Assembly (NCBI RefSeq): GCF_009914755.1
Contig: NC_060931.1
Length of the DNA: 64,000 nt
Reading direction: 5' to 3' (one strand)
From: the human T2T-CHM13v2.0 reference genome, Homo sapiens
Shown: positions 18,756 to 35,996 of the stretch, one piece after another
Numbering within the stretch: position 1 is the stretch's first letter
How the letters are laid out: each line of letters starts with the position of its first letter
Position numbers and translations under genes: made by a program
Notes under the pieces: generated by a model
What the model was told of the DNA's origin: nothing
The model's input: only the letters and a program-made list of their open reading frames with translations
Database searches by the model: none

Positions 18756-20289
18756 TAACAGTTTTTTCAGAACTTTCTGTATAATAAATGCCACCCTGTT
18801 TAAATGAGCATTTTCTAAACGCTGTTCTGCATGGAACTAATAGAGCACACAGATGAAACCTCAATATAACATGTTTCACTTTTCACTAATCTCCAAAGAC
18901 AACGGTGTTTCCCCAATAGAAATCTTGAGTATCCACACCTTCTAATGTTCAACAGCTACAATGGGAACATTTTATATATCGTAGGTCATAAATTTGTGGT
19001 AAGAATTCTGCATGATATACAAGAATCCAAGATGAAGAGAAATGTATAGAATGCTATGGCATAGAGAAAACAAATATTTTTTTCAGAACCCCTTGACTAT
19101 CATAAAAATCACAAAAAATAGTTGAAACAAACTCATTAGGGATCAACAGCACGAGTAGAGAAGTAAAACTTTGCAAGTTCTGAACACAAGGCATTCCAAA
19201 AGGCAGAGTGGACACTGCGCTTGATCTGAGACATGCTCACCTGAGAAAAAGTGATTTGTTTCTTTTCCTCCTCTTTCTCTGAAATGTATTTTCAGATAAG
19301 ATGCTCTGGACATATCAAACCTGCATCTTGAGAATATGACTTTAAAGTGCAACCTATTCACCTGCTACCACCACACACACCCACGGGCGGAAGACCGAGA
19401 CTTGCAGAAAACATTCACCCATTTTTGTTGTTTATAACTGAAAAGATTTAAGAGCAATGAGAGAACAATGAGCTTCTCCACAGCTATTAAAATATAAGTT
19501 TCTTTGTCTCTGCCCTCCCCTATCAGAAACCAGCAATTTTCTTTAGAGTAATGGGAACATGAACCGCACTGACCTCTTCCTACCAAACTGAAACAGGGCA
19601 GGCAGTGCAGCCTTCCTTTGAGGCAAAGGTTGAACTAAACTCTCCTGAATGTATCTTGAACCCCTCAAGTTTATAAATCACTTGGTAATCTTGGCCCCGC
19701 TCTATGCAACGTGATTCTGCAGGATCCAAAAGGGTCCAGGAATGGGCTTTTACAGCAAGTCCCCTGTAAATGCTGATTGTGCTTTCCCAGACACATTATT
19801 AGCATTAGCAAGAGAAAGCAGGCACAGCAGAGTCCCTTACACACACCACATTTGTCACAATACTAATACTTCTGCTACAAATAAAAACAACCAATTTCCA
19901 CCCTGAAATGCTATATTTTTGTTGGCTTTTTTAAGTTTACAGGGACAACAGAAGACAGCAACGTCTGAGTGAATCTGCACCTGGGAAACCTGTACACATG
20001 TACTAATAAAACGTTTACTAAGCAGGTACTGTGTGCTCAGGAGCATGTCACAGAACACTGCGCTGGGAATAACACATTTTGTGATTTAATTTTCATAGCA
20101 CCCTGGGAGTTGGTACTAAGTGCTGAATAATTTTTAGCATTTAGATTAAGAGCACAGCATTTTTATTTCTTCTTATCTTTCTCATTAATTTTAAAAAGAA
20201 AATGTATAGAATAATTCAATACAAAAAAAACATGTGAAAGGATGCATTTACATAAAAATGGAATAATCAGCTTCCAAATGGCTATTTTG

Positions 20290-22097
<1,808 letters not shown>

Positions 22098-22399
22098 CTA
22101 CATAACTGTACCAAACCAATTATTGAATCTGGTTTGCTTCGTCATGAAACTTATAACAGACTTTTCTTCAAGTCTCTCCCATGGATCACAACCCACAAAC
22201 CATAGCTGGGCACTCTATGATTCTTGAATCACACTTTGATCAGATTCTCATTTTTAGAGTGACTCCCGTACATCTCTAAAAGGAAAAATGAGGAACTAAG
22301 GACCCCAGGACCACAGCTCTTTCCACTCATGAATCTTGCACCCTGAGTCAGGATTCTCCCCTGATGACTTTCCCATCCCTGTACAATCTGGGTGAGATG

Positions 22400-22980
22400 A
22401 GGCGCTGGGAGTGCAGAGCAAACCAGAGAGGCCTCCAGTCCAGGGTAAAGCCACTGCAGAGGAAAAAGACAGAAATCCCAGGGTCCCAGGCGCTGGCCCA
22501 GGCACCATCTTGCGGCTGGAGGGGACGAGAGCCGAGCTGGGCCAAAGACGATTTGGGTCGTCAGGCTCTGGAGCTGACTGCGAGAAAGTCTGGGACCTGC
22601 TACAGCCACTTTCTGCCGGTTCCAACCAGCCCCCACCCCTCTCTCACGATGACAGACCCAGCACTCACCATTTCCCGGCTTCCAGGGGGTCCCGGTCTTT
22701 TAGCCATAAATCTGCAGATACCTGCAGGACACAAGGACACATAGGCTTGGCCTCTAGGAGCAGAGGACACAGAGCAGTGAAGAGAAGAACTGCAGCTCTG
22801 GACGCAGAAAAACACAAAGGACCCGCAAAATTACGGAAGTAGCCTGTTCTTTCCAGCTGCATGCCTGATTGGACAGTTTCTAGACCACGGCTCCTGATTG
22901 GATAAGGTTTCAGGCCCCACCCTTCATGCCCTGAGTGAGGGAATATTTGATCAGACACTGGGCTGAGCGAAGCAAAAATA
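22400..22980 (-). promoter_or_regulatory. GC/CpG-enriched promoter and first exon of the ZNF locus
   Basis: Two CCAAT boxes (ATTGG on + at 22868 and 22897), ETS-type CGGAAGT at 22834-22840, YY1-like CCATCTT at ~22505, local CpG enrichment. Confidence 0.7.
22669..22707 (-). CDS. ZNF exon 1 coding part (MAKRPGPPGSREM)
   Basis: ATG at 22707-22705; 39 nt ending ATG|GTGAGTGC donor. Confidence 0.9.
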
Positions 22981-23183
22981 ACAGCCTAGGCTGCAGCCTT
23001 CACAGGCAGGGCTTCTTCCTTGATCTGAGCCAGGCCAACTTCAGAGGATATTTGCATTTAACCTTGTGTATAATGTCATATGCATTTATAAATGATATAT
23101 AATATTTATTCATAAATTGAAATAATGACAATTATTTTAAAATTTAGGATTTTATGCCCTTCCTTGCTGCGGATCCTTTGCAG

Positions 23184-23854
<671 letters not shown>

Positions 23855-23933
23855 TGCGGACAGCCTGAGATTTCAGAAGGGAGGCAATCCTCTGCAGTAA
23901 AATATGAGCCACATGTAAATTTTTAATTTTCTA

Positions 23934-24328
<395 letters not shown>

Positions 24329-24839
24329 TTATTATTTTAATATGTGATTACTATGTAATGGTTAATAAAGCACATACATTTTTGAAGCTAAATCTCTGAA
24401 TGTAATCTTGTATTTTACCTTTCTAGCACACTGAAGTTCACACTAGCCACATTCCAGCACCCTGTAGCTATGTCAGAGGCGTCTGAAGCAGAGAAACTGC
24501 ATCTGGAATAGGTGCTGGGTAAAATGGGGCTGAGACCTACAGGACTGCATTTCCATGAGGCCCGGCTTTCTAAGTCACAGGATAAATAGAAGATTGGAAC
24601 AAGATCCATTTTACAAAGACCTTGCTGATAAAACAGTTTGCAGTAAAGAAGCCACAAAAATCCACCGAAACCAAGGTGGGAATGAAAGGGACCTCTGGTT
24701 GTCCTCAGGAATCACTACACGCTAATTATAATGCATTAGCATGTGAAAGACATTCCCACCAGCGCCGTGACAGTTAACGAATGCCATGGCAACATCAGAA
24801 AGTTACCTTACATGGTCTAAAAAGAAGAGAAACACTCAG

Positions 24840-24869
24840 TTCTGGGAATTGCCCACGTCTTTCTTGTAA
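24840..24869 (+). promoter_or_regulatory. Tandem STAT (GAS) motifs in MER41B: one consensus, one degenerate
   Basis: TTCTGGGAA at 24840-24848 fits TTCNNNGAA; TTCTTGTAA at 24861-24869 has one mismatch. Confidence 0.7.
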
Positions 24870-24933
24870 AACTCATGAATAATCCACCCCTTGGTTAGCA
24901 TATACTCAAGAAGTAACTGTTAAGTATCCTTAG

Positions 24934-25353
<420 letters not shown>

Positions 25354-25767
25354 TAAATTATTTCTTGTACGAGATCCAAGAACCCAATCTTCATTTCTGA
25401 ATTGGGGCCATTTCTGGAAGCTTCTTTTCAGTGAATTACAAAAGGATGATACTAAGGAAACCCGCAGCTCAAAGGAAATAGACTGAATTACCAATTGGCT
25501 AACTTTTTGTAAGTGGTGGCATACCCGGGTAAAGAATGGAATCGGGTTAGTAGCCCAATTTAGTGGAGTTAGAGTGTCTCCTAAGACAGATAAGATAAAA
25601 GGTCCCTTTTAATAAAAGGCAAGAACACTTGAAAAACTTGTGTTTGAGGTGCAACTTAGAAAGGTTAGAGTCTTTCCTAAGATTTAGGGGGTTAGAGGCC
25701 CCTCTCAGTAAAGTCCCTCTCAGTTAAGATTAGATTTGGCATTATGGAATATTAACCATTGCTGTCT

Positions 25768-26113
<346 letters not shown>

Positions 26114-26328
26114 TAATGGCTGTGGCTGACAGAATTAGGTGAGTACAGAATCATGGAACATGTGGAGATTTTTCCTCCCTAAAGTGGGAAACTTGAGAGC
26201 AGATGGGACTGCAAAAAAGATTCTTTCACAACCAACAAGCGGCCACCTAAACTTTTGATTCGGTGCAATGCTTGGGTCTTTCTCTGGCTTTCCTCAGCTC
26301 CTCACCTTTCCTGCCCTGCCATAGGCAA

Positions 26329-26359
<31 letters not shown>

Positions 26360-26446
26360 TTCCTTTCCTATCTTTTCTGTTACTCTAGGCCACCATCTTG
26401 CGCAGAGATCACATGTTGAAACTTCTGGTCAGAAGTCCCTGAAACA

Positions 26447-26737
26447 GGCCAGGCATGGTGACTCACGCCTGTAATCTCAGCACTTTGGGAGGCCGAGGTG
26501 GGCGGATCACCTGAGGTCATGAGTTGAAGACCAGCCTGGCCAACATGGCAAAACCTCGTCTCTACAAAAAATACAAAAATTAGCCAGGGTGGTGGCAGAC
26601 ACTTGCAGTTTCAGCTACTCAGTGGGCTGAGGCAGGGAGAATTGCTTGAACCTGGGAGGCAGAGGTTGCAGTGAGCTGAGTTCATGCTACTGCACTCCAG
26701 CCTGGGACACAGAGCAAGACTCAGTCTCAAAAAAAAT
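26447..26737 (+). mobile_element. Alu (S)
   Basis: Dimer; gaagtccctgaaaca is repeated on both sides. Confidence 0.93.
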
Positions 26738-27289
26738 ACTCCCAAAGAAACAAAAAAGAAGTCCCTGAAACAAACAACAACAACAACAACAACAACAAAA
26801 CAATGGATGAAGTTTCCCTCTTGTTTTATGTTCTTGGGAGCTTGACCTTGTAGCCATGTGGCAGTATTTTCTCTTGGTTTCTACCATCCAGCATACATAA
26901 ATTTTGAAATTTATGTTATACTTAACTCTAAAAATGATCTTGAGCAGTTAAAAACCTTTGCAAGCTCAAAATTGGCTGCTGGAGGCTTCTTCTGGGAGAC
27001 TCCAACGGAGACTGCTCAGTGCTGTAGCTCAGTAGTTGGGCTTTGCTGTCTCACAGTGGCAGCCTGGGTTCAGGGTTCAATTTCTAGCTTAGGAGATGAG
27101 TCCTTTCTGATTTGATATCTGTGTGAACATTTGTTGATTCTCTTCCCCTCCATGAAACATTTTGGATTTTCCTTTCTCTGAGCTACCTTTGAAGATTCTA
27201 GATTTTGTAAAAACTGCTTTGCCACCTTTTTGAAAATACCTTGTACACTTGTGGTTAGGTTCTTAACCTTAGTTAAAGCTTATTGGTTT

Positions 27290-27400
27290 CAGGAGGTGGA
27301 GGTTTCAGTGAGCCAAGTTTGGTCACTGCACTCCAGCCTGGGCGACAGTGGGAGACTCCATCACAAAACAAAACAAAACAAAACAAACAAAACAAAAAAA
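27290..27400 (+). mobile_element. 5'-truncated Alu (right-arm end)
   Basis: caggaggtggaggtttcagtgagcc...; gcttatt(g/t)gtttca flanks both sides. Confidence 0.88.
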
Positions 27401-27541
27401 GGCTTATTTGTTTCACCTGTGACATTATGTTAGTAAAGTTCAAAAGCCAGAAATATTGGCAATTTGGCATGGCTAAAGTCAAGCAATGAGAGAATTAAAT
27501 ACATGTTTTCAGAAAGAGCATCATGGTTAAAAGCTGGCTTA

Positions 27542-27853
27542 ATTATTATTATTATTTTATTTATTTATTTTGAGATGGAGTCTTGGTCTGTCACTCAGGC
27601 TGGAGTGCAATGGTGCAATCTTGGCTCACTGCAACCTCCACCTCCCGGGAATCAAGCAATTCCCCTGCCTCAGCCTCCTGAGTAGCAGGGATTACAGACA
27701 CCCACCACCACACACGGCTAATTTTTGTACTTTTAGTAGAGACGGGGTTTCACCATGTTGGCCAGGCTGGTCTTGAATTCCTGACCTCAATTGATCTGCC
27801 TGCCTTGGTCTCACAAAGTGCTGGGATTACAGGCATGAGCCACAACACCTGGC
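27542..27853 (-). mobile_element. Alu (S)
   Basis: Dimer similarity. Confidence 0.93.
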
Positions 27854-29478
27854 CCAAAAGTCAGCTTAATTAATTGCAGATATTCAAGCTCCAACAGCTA
27901 GAAGTCCTTAGAAAAAACAGAGGAGGTGCCACAATAGGCATTTTGGGAGAAACATCTGTTTTCTTCATGAAACTCCAGGAATTGGAAGTGGATAGATCCC
28001 TCTCAAAGTCTAAGGCTCTGTTCCATTTTTGCTTTGCATTATCTGATGGTTTTTACTTTCTGGGGTATCAGAAATTACTTCACGTTACGAAAAAATTTAG
28101 ATATGTAATAAGTAGGTAGGAAATATACATTCAGGGATGGCTAATGGCAGCTATGGGGGGATACTTGGCTTTTTGCATATTTGAATCAGAGAAGTGTGCT
28201 CTTGGCCACCTAGAAGGCATGGAAATGTCCCCGCCCCCCACTGACAGGTAAGATGCCAATGGGAGATGGGCTGATTCCCTCTTTTTGGGATCCAGGTTCT
28301 AGTATGAAAATAGGAGTCTTAATTTGCGGGGTGGGGGGGGGGGGCGCAAATCTGTTTTGCCTTCCAGCTGTGCCTACTTATTAAGCTGTTGAAATTGCTT
28401 AGTTTTTGCTTTCCTGGTCCTATTTATCCTATGGATCCATCTTAAAGCCAGGGTGGTAATCCAATTGAGAAACTGACAAATGAAAAATCTTACAGGTACT
28501 TGATCTTCTTCCAGCTGTGTATTTATATGTGTTGTGTGTGTAATATGAAGGAGATTTGATTAATTGGTTTAAAAATAATAAGAGCTCAAATCAAATATTT
28601 TATCAGAAAAATAGAAACCATGGTGTATTTTAGTTTACATCACTTTAGTAATCATTGGGAAATAAAAACAGTTTTACATGCTAGGTATGTAAAAAAAGTC
28701 AAATGTGTTTTCAGTAAAAGATTACAAGAAGTCATGGGAATGTAGATTACTTTTGTCCTAAATTAAAGGGTCAAAGGATTGTTTTAAATTAGATAAAACA
28801 GAGCTGAAGGATTAACCAAGTTGTGAAAAGTTCGTAAAAATTTACATCTGGTAAAAGAAATTCTGTGTGTTAACATATTGGCTAAAGTTAAAGGGGTATT
28901 CAGTTTTTTATAAATTGAACACTGGAATAAAAGTACAACTGGTTTTCTTTAGAGCACTACTCTGCTCTTTCACAAAAATTGTAAAGTATTATAAAAGGGT
29001 TATAGGAATCTTACCTTATTGTCAAACTGATTAAGACTAGATAGATTTGTCTATAAGGTTTTATTAAGAATTAGGTTTGACATCAATAGTACATTAATGC
29101 AAGGGTGAGATTTAGCTTTTCTTCATGAACAAGATTTTCATGTAATATTTTAAAAATGACATATTTTTGTCTGCCCTTTTGAATAAACTGGAGCAAAAGG
29201 AAAGGAAAAAAAGATTGTGTGGAAAGTGAAGTCTTCCCTCTATTAGTGAGTAAAGGTTTTTGTCTTTTTAAAATTTTTGAGTTATCATTTTGGTTAGTGA
29301 GTGACTTATGATAACCTGGGATTTGATATTTGACAAACCTTTAAAAAATCAAATTATAAATTATGTATTTTTCTTACCTAAATATCTTTTAGATATTAGG
29401 TCCTCTAAAATACAAAAATGACATTTGGCTTATTTCGTATAAAAATCAAACAGGAGGAAATGTCAGAAAGCATTGTCA

Positions 29479-29790
<312 letters not shown>

Positions 29791-31018
29791 TATTGTCAAA
29801 TATGAAATGGTGTTTGGTTTTCCTTGGGCTGTATTTGTATAAATATGTTATTGGTATGTGATTCAAAAAAAGGGAAAATTCCCATAATTCCAATATAACT
29901 TAGTGTATGTTATTAATAGTAATAATTGTTATGTAAAATCATTGTATGCAACAGAAGTAACCAAAATCTGTCAATTGTAGCTTTAATAGTGGCTGTCCTA
30001 AGACTTCTTTGTCATCCACAGACAATTGTTGTCTTGTTTTAACGCTCTTTGAAAGGTGATTTATAATCAGGTTTAGGACGTTGACAGGTGCTCTTAAATG
30101 CAGGTTTCTGATAACTTTGGAAATTTTGGCAATAGAATAAAGAAAAAACTTTCAGAACTCTCATGGAGAGCTGAAATGTTCATCAATATCAAGCAGAACA
30201 GGAGATAACTGCGTGGAGTGAACTAATGTAAGACTAAAGTAATCTTTTTGACTTTGCTTAAAATATTGGTGATCCATTGTTTTGTTTTTCAGAGTCCTGG
30301 AAACTTTTATTTTGAGCTATTTACAGCTTTTAGCAATTGAGTAAAATATATTTCTGTAAACAAAATTTGGAGCACATTTGTTTCTATCTGTTTTCTCCAG
30401 AATTTGGAAACTATTTGTGAGTATTCTTAACTTATGGCAATATAATTTGTATAAGTGCAAAATAATGTTTTCTTCTGCAACAGGACACTGTTGGAGAAAT
30501 TAGTTATTTTGCCAAGGCTTTGGCTGGAATGACGTGCTTTCCTTTAAGGAATCAAACTTGACTTATAGAGCCAATAAAAGCCCCTTGGGAAAACTGGCTT
30601 TATGCCTTGTCTACACAGTCCCTATACAGGGTTCCTAACCTGGGGTAAGTAAATAATGTCACTTTTTGACAGGTTCATGAGCCCCAAGTTATCCCGTGGT
30701 ATCAAAAAAGAAATTTATGCAACTCATATTTGAGGGTATAGACTCATGGCTGGCTCAGCTTTAAAAAGTCTTATCTGAGATTCATTTTATGGAACAGTTT
30801 CATCAAATCCAATTTTTAAAACCTATGTAAAAATAATTATTCTTGCTGCACTTCGTACAAATAATCAGGCCAAGTATAATAAAGCAACTTGGTCATACCA
30901 TGATTTGTCTTTAGTAAAATGGCAGACTGGGGAGAGTAAAAAATTATACTTTAAGAACTATGGTACATCTGTTATTAAATTCTAGATTTATCTGTTGTTG
31001 TTGAACTTTTTTTTGAAA

Positions 31019-31248
31019 GAAGTTGAACCTTTGAATAAGCCAATGACAAGTTCTAAAATTGAGGCAGTAATAAATAGCCTGCTAACCAGAAAAACCCAGG
31101 ACCAGATGTTTTCACAGCCTAATTCTACCAGAGGTACAAAGAGGAGCTGGTACCATTTCTCTTCTGAAAGTATTCCAAACAATTGACAAAGAGGGACTCC
31201 TCCCTAACTCATTTAGTGAGGCCTGCATCATCCTGATACCAACACCTG
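31019..31248 (+). mobile_element. L1PA ORF2 internal fragment
   Basis: EVEPLNKPMTSSKIEAVINSL...; aattctaccagaggtacaaagaggagctggtacc; catcatcctgatacc. Confidence 0.9.
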
Positions 31249-32727
31249 ACCCTGGTGGCGCTGGTGGTAGTGCAGCATGAGAGGGAGTGGGGATGGGGTT
31301 TATCCACGGGCCAGGGGTTAGAGGATTCCCTGGGCAGCACACTGCCTGGCTCCATTCTCTTCATTTTAGATATATTGGGAGGGTTTGACACACAGAGAAA
31401 GAGGAGACCCATCTCAATAAAGTGTGTGAATAGGGGACGGAAATCAAGGACCAATCTTTGGAGGAGGACTGCTTGTATCTAACTCTGAGAACAGACTGGG
31501 GCGGCATGGGATTGGAGGAGAGGAAGGAGCCTCTTAAGAGAAAGGCCCCAAGAGGCTGGGTCCCTGCTCCCTCCCTTCCCCACAAGGCCCCTTGAGCATC
31601 TTCCACCCAGGCCCTGTGAGTATCCTGTCCTTCCCTCTGTGTCTAGAAAATCAAAGTTCTCCAGGAGATGTAGCCACTCCAGGTGGCTGGAAAAAATGAC
31701 TATTTTCAGCCCAAGGAGCAATTTTGGGTCTGCTTTCAGACAATGAAGTGGTTAAGTGAGAATGAGAGAAGAGGACCCAGTAAATTAGCAGAGGGGAGGA
31801 AAAGACTTTTTTGTGGCCAGCTACAGAGAGCCTGTGGCCATAGCTCCCTGGCCAGTGTCAGGTCCTGTTGCATAGTGACCCCTGGGGCACAAATATTCCA
31901 GCTGGGCAGGTACCGGGAGGGAGACCTGAGGTGTGACTCCTGGTAGCCTCACAGCTGCCTTAATGTCCTGCAGCTACAACCATTTCTGCCAGCGGCCGCC
32001 CCTATCCCAGCAGGCCAGCAGCTCATCCAGCACCTGTAGTGTCTGAGGCTCCACCAGAATGTGATTCAGGACATCAGCCCTGTACCATCCTTGACCTAGA
32101 GAGTGAGCCCCAGGGAACAACCTCGATGTGGGTGGCAACTTAGCTCCATGGTGTCTCTGTTACCAAAGACCAATTGCTCCTGCTGGTTGGGATTAGATCC
32201 CAGGACCTCTGCAGGTGATGTGGGTGAGCATGAGGCAGGCACCCCAATATTTGATGCTCTGGGGCTTAACACCTGCACAACAGGCAAATGGCACCCCCAC
32301 TTGGCAGACACCCCAGTGAAGGTCAAAGCAGCCCTGAGTGGGGAAGACTCTGACCCAGAGCCTGGAGTCCCACCAGAGAATTCTCAAACCAGCGTCTAAA
32401 AACTCTTCCTCAAAATGGCTAGGGTTCAGTATTTGCAGCTTTGCCAACCCATGTCAATTGCAATGACTCAAATCTGCAGTTGCAGCGTGACAGCAGCCTC
32501 CCGCAGACAACCTGGGAATGAAGGTGCATGGCTGCAATCTCATAGAACTTTCCTTACAGGCACTGAAAACTCCAATTTCAAAACATCAAGTATGATTCTT
32601 CTTTTGGTTTGTTCGACCATTTGGAAATGTAAAATTCATCCTTGGCTCATGGGAGACAGGAAAGCAGGCAGGGACAGGCTGCACCTTGATGACCTCTGGC
32701 AGAAATGAAGCTCAGAGGAGGAGATGA

Positions 32728-33389
<662 letters not shown>

Positions 33390-34250
33390 AACAGCAGCCA
33401 TTTACACCAAGTTGAGCAAGGCATGACCATCCCCAGGGGGACCATGGTGGGGGCTCTGTGGGATAGAGGACATGCTGTATTCTGCACTTATATGGACGCT
33501 CCACACAGCAGTCATTACAGAAAACACACCGGGTAAAAGGGCAGTATACAAATAGGACACCAGTACTGGCCAGTTGGGTCTCACTGGTCAGTGGGGTAAC
33601 GAGGTCCAGGTGGGCCCACAAGGTGTGGCTGGTGGTCGGTTTCTGTCTGCAGGAAGCCTGGGACCCGTGTCTAACAGAGGAGGACCCAGGCTGGAGTGAG
33701 GAAGTCATCAGAGTCACCAGGTGAGGGGTCAGAGCTGGAAACAGAGCAGGCAGGGAGCCCTGGCCTCTCCCAGTGAGGGCTGAGAAGCTGGGGTGGGAAC
33801 ACAACCCATGGGCAGATGCACACAAGTGGTCCCTGGGCCCCTGCCGGTGCCCAGTGACTGCCCAGTTCCTAGGGAGCCACTGAGGCCTGAGACCCAGGGA
33901 CACACCACCTGATCATCACCCCCAGGCCTTTCTGCCGAGACCAGACAATGCCCAGTGCAGGCAGGTGGTCTGGGATTGGAGTCTGGGGCAGGGGTGCATG
34001 TTCCTACCTGGCAGGTGCCCTGACCTAGACCTGCCTGAGCTGGCTGCACCATCACTTGTTATTCTGCCTATGTATGGCCTAGATTCAAAGGTCCAGCTGT
34101 CCATTCTGGCCACACCATTCCCTGGCTCCTCTGCCAGGCCCAATTGTGCCTGACCTACCTAAGCCAGCCCTACCTGCCCAGTGATCACAAGAATCCTGCC
34201 AGCCAGAAGGACTCACTTTTTTCCCCTGAAATATCCACAAGAGCCTGTCT

Positions 34251-34323
34251 TTTTTATTTATCTATTTATCGAGACGGAGTCTTGCTCTGTCACCCACGCT
34301 GGAGTGCAGTGGTATGATCTCGG
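34251..34323 (-). mobile_element. Severely 5'-truncated Alu with a TSD
   Basis: gagcctgtctttt at 34241-34253 and 34326-34338. Confidence 0.9.
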
Positions 34324-35958
34324 AGGAGCCTGTCTTTTGCAGGGGCCACAGCTCAGGGCCAGCTTTCTGGAAGCCCCAGAGTCAGATGTACTCCTGTCCT
34401 GACTTCCAGCCTTCCAGTACTGGCTATCATGTCTTTTGGGGACCACTCAGCACTGGGAGCTGCCTGAGGCCCCCACATGGCAGAGAACATGCTGGTCATG
34501 ACAGCCTCAGCCCAAGACCCTGGCCCAAGAGCAACAGCCAGTTGGTTCTAGTGTCTGGATGGTGACAACAGGTGAAGCCATCTGCACAAATACTGCCTTC
34601 AACCTGGTCCAGTGACAGACTAGGGGAGCCACAGAGCAGCCCCCAGGCCAGCCCTGCCCAGTGTTTCCATCAGTGTGGCATGAAAAAAGGACCCTGTACT
34701 CAGCCAAAAGCTGAGCCCTGACCTGCCCACCCACCCTGCCCACGAGGGACTCTGACTTCAGGCAGAGGCAGGCAGCAGAGCTGTCAACTTCTGTGATTCT
34801 ATCCCAGGGCCCACAAGGTCCTCAGGAGACCCAAAAGGAGCTGAGCTGGGGGAGTCAGGGAGGGGCCTGCTGAGTGAAGGGCAGCGTGGGCCTGGGCGTG
34901 AGTCGGCACTAAGAGCACATGGCCTGGCTCCCACTGGAGAGGAGGCAGCAGGGGAGAGTCCTGCAGAGCCCTCACACACTCCACTCAGCTCCCAGGTACA
35001 TGTAGTGCCCATAAGCCTCCCAGGAGACCCAGAAATGGTTCTTTCTTGGTCAAGAAAAGAGGCAACCCCACCCATACCCACACAGGCCCTGATGCCCACA
35101 CACATCAGAGAACAAAGCTTTTGTGCCCAGGGTGGGGCAAAGGGGGAATATCCCCTCCTTCCCCCTGTGGATCCCATAACACTTGCTCCTCCTGGTGCTC
35201 CACCCCCACCCCACAGGGTGCTGACTGCAACCAAAGCGCCCCATGGAAAGAACAGCCCATGGATGGAGCCCAAGAGGCGCTATGTCCTGAACGGGCCGTG
35301 CTGGGTCTAAGGTGATATTTCCCAATCACAGAGTCTCTAACTTTGCCACCCACTGGCCCTGTGCTTCCGCTTCCCTTGGTGGCCCAGGGTAACAATCCCA
35401 CTCTGAAGGCTGGAGGACCCACAGAGGCACCACCCCCAGTTAAATGGCTGCATTGTGAAAGGGGATGCACAAGAGACATTTCCTGCCTTGGGTCTCTTGC
35501 CTCAGGACTGATGTGCATCAGGCCACGGCCAGGCCAGCCTGCTGGAGAGGGCTGCGTTCCCTGTGCTCTGTGTGGGGAATGGTGTTCACAGTTCTGGGTC
35601 ACTACCGTTGACTCCCCCAAGACACGGGGGCAGATGTGCTCCATTATATAAGCCTTGGGTCAATCCCAGAGAATGAGCATCAAATTCACTCCTGTCTGAA
35701 GCTGGCTGCCCCAAGGCATTTGGGTTTTGGGGTGAGATAAGGGTCTGGAGTCAGCATCAAAGTGTTCTGGTTTTGGAAACACATGAAGTTCTCTGCAGCT
35801 CTCTGAGGTACAGGAAATGGTGCTAGGTCTGTGCTTTAAAAAAGCCTAAGAGGAGGGGGTGCCTGGAAGGAATCCTGAAGCCAAGGGTAAGGGTTTCCAC
35901 CTTTCCTACCTCCCCACCAGAGACATTCCACAAAGTCTCATGACAAACTCAGAATAGG

Positions 35959-35996
<38 letters not shown>

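Noticed and set aside
31019-31248. L1 piece as the displaced part of the 54-59 kb L1
   Set aside because: The large L1 already contains the homologous segment (~55320-55550) and the two differ at many positions
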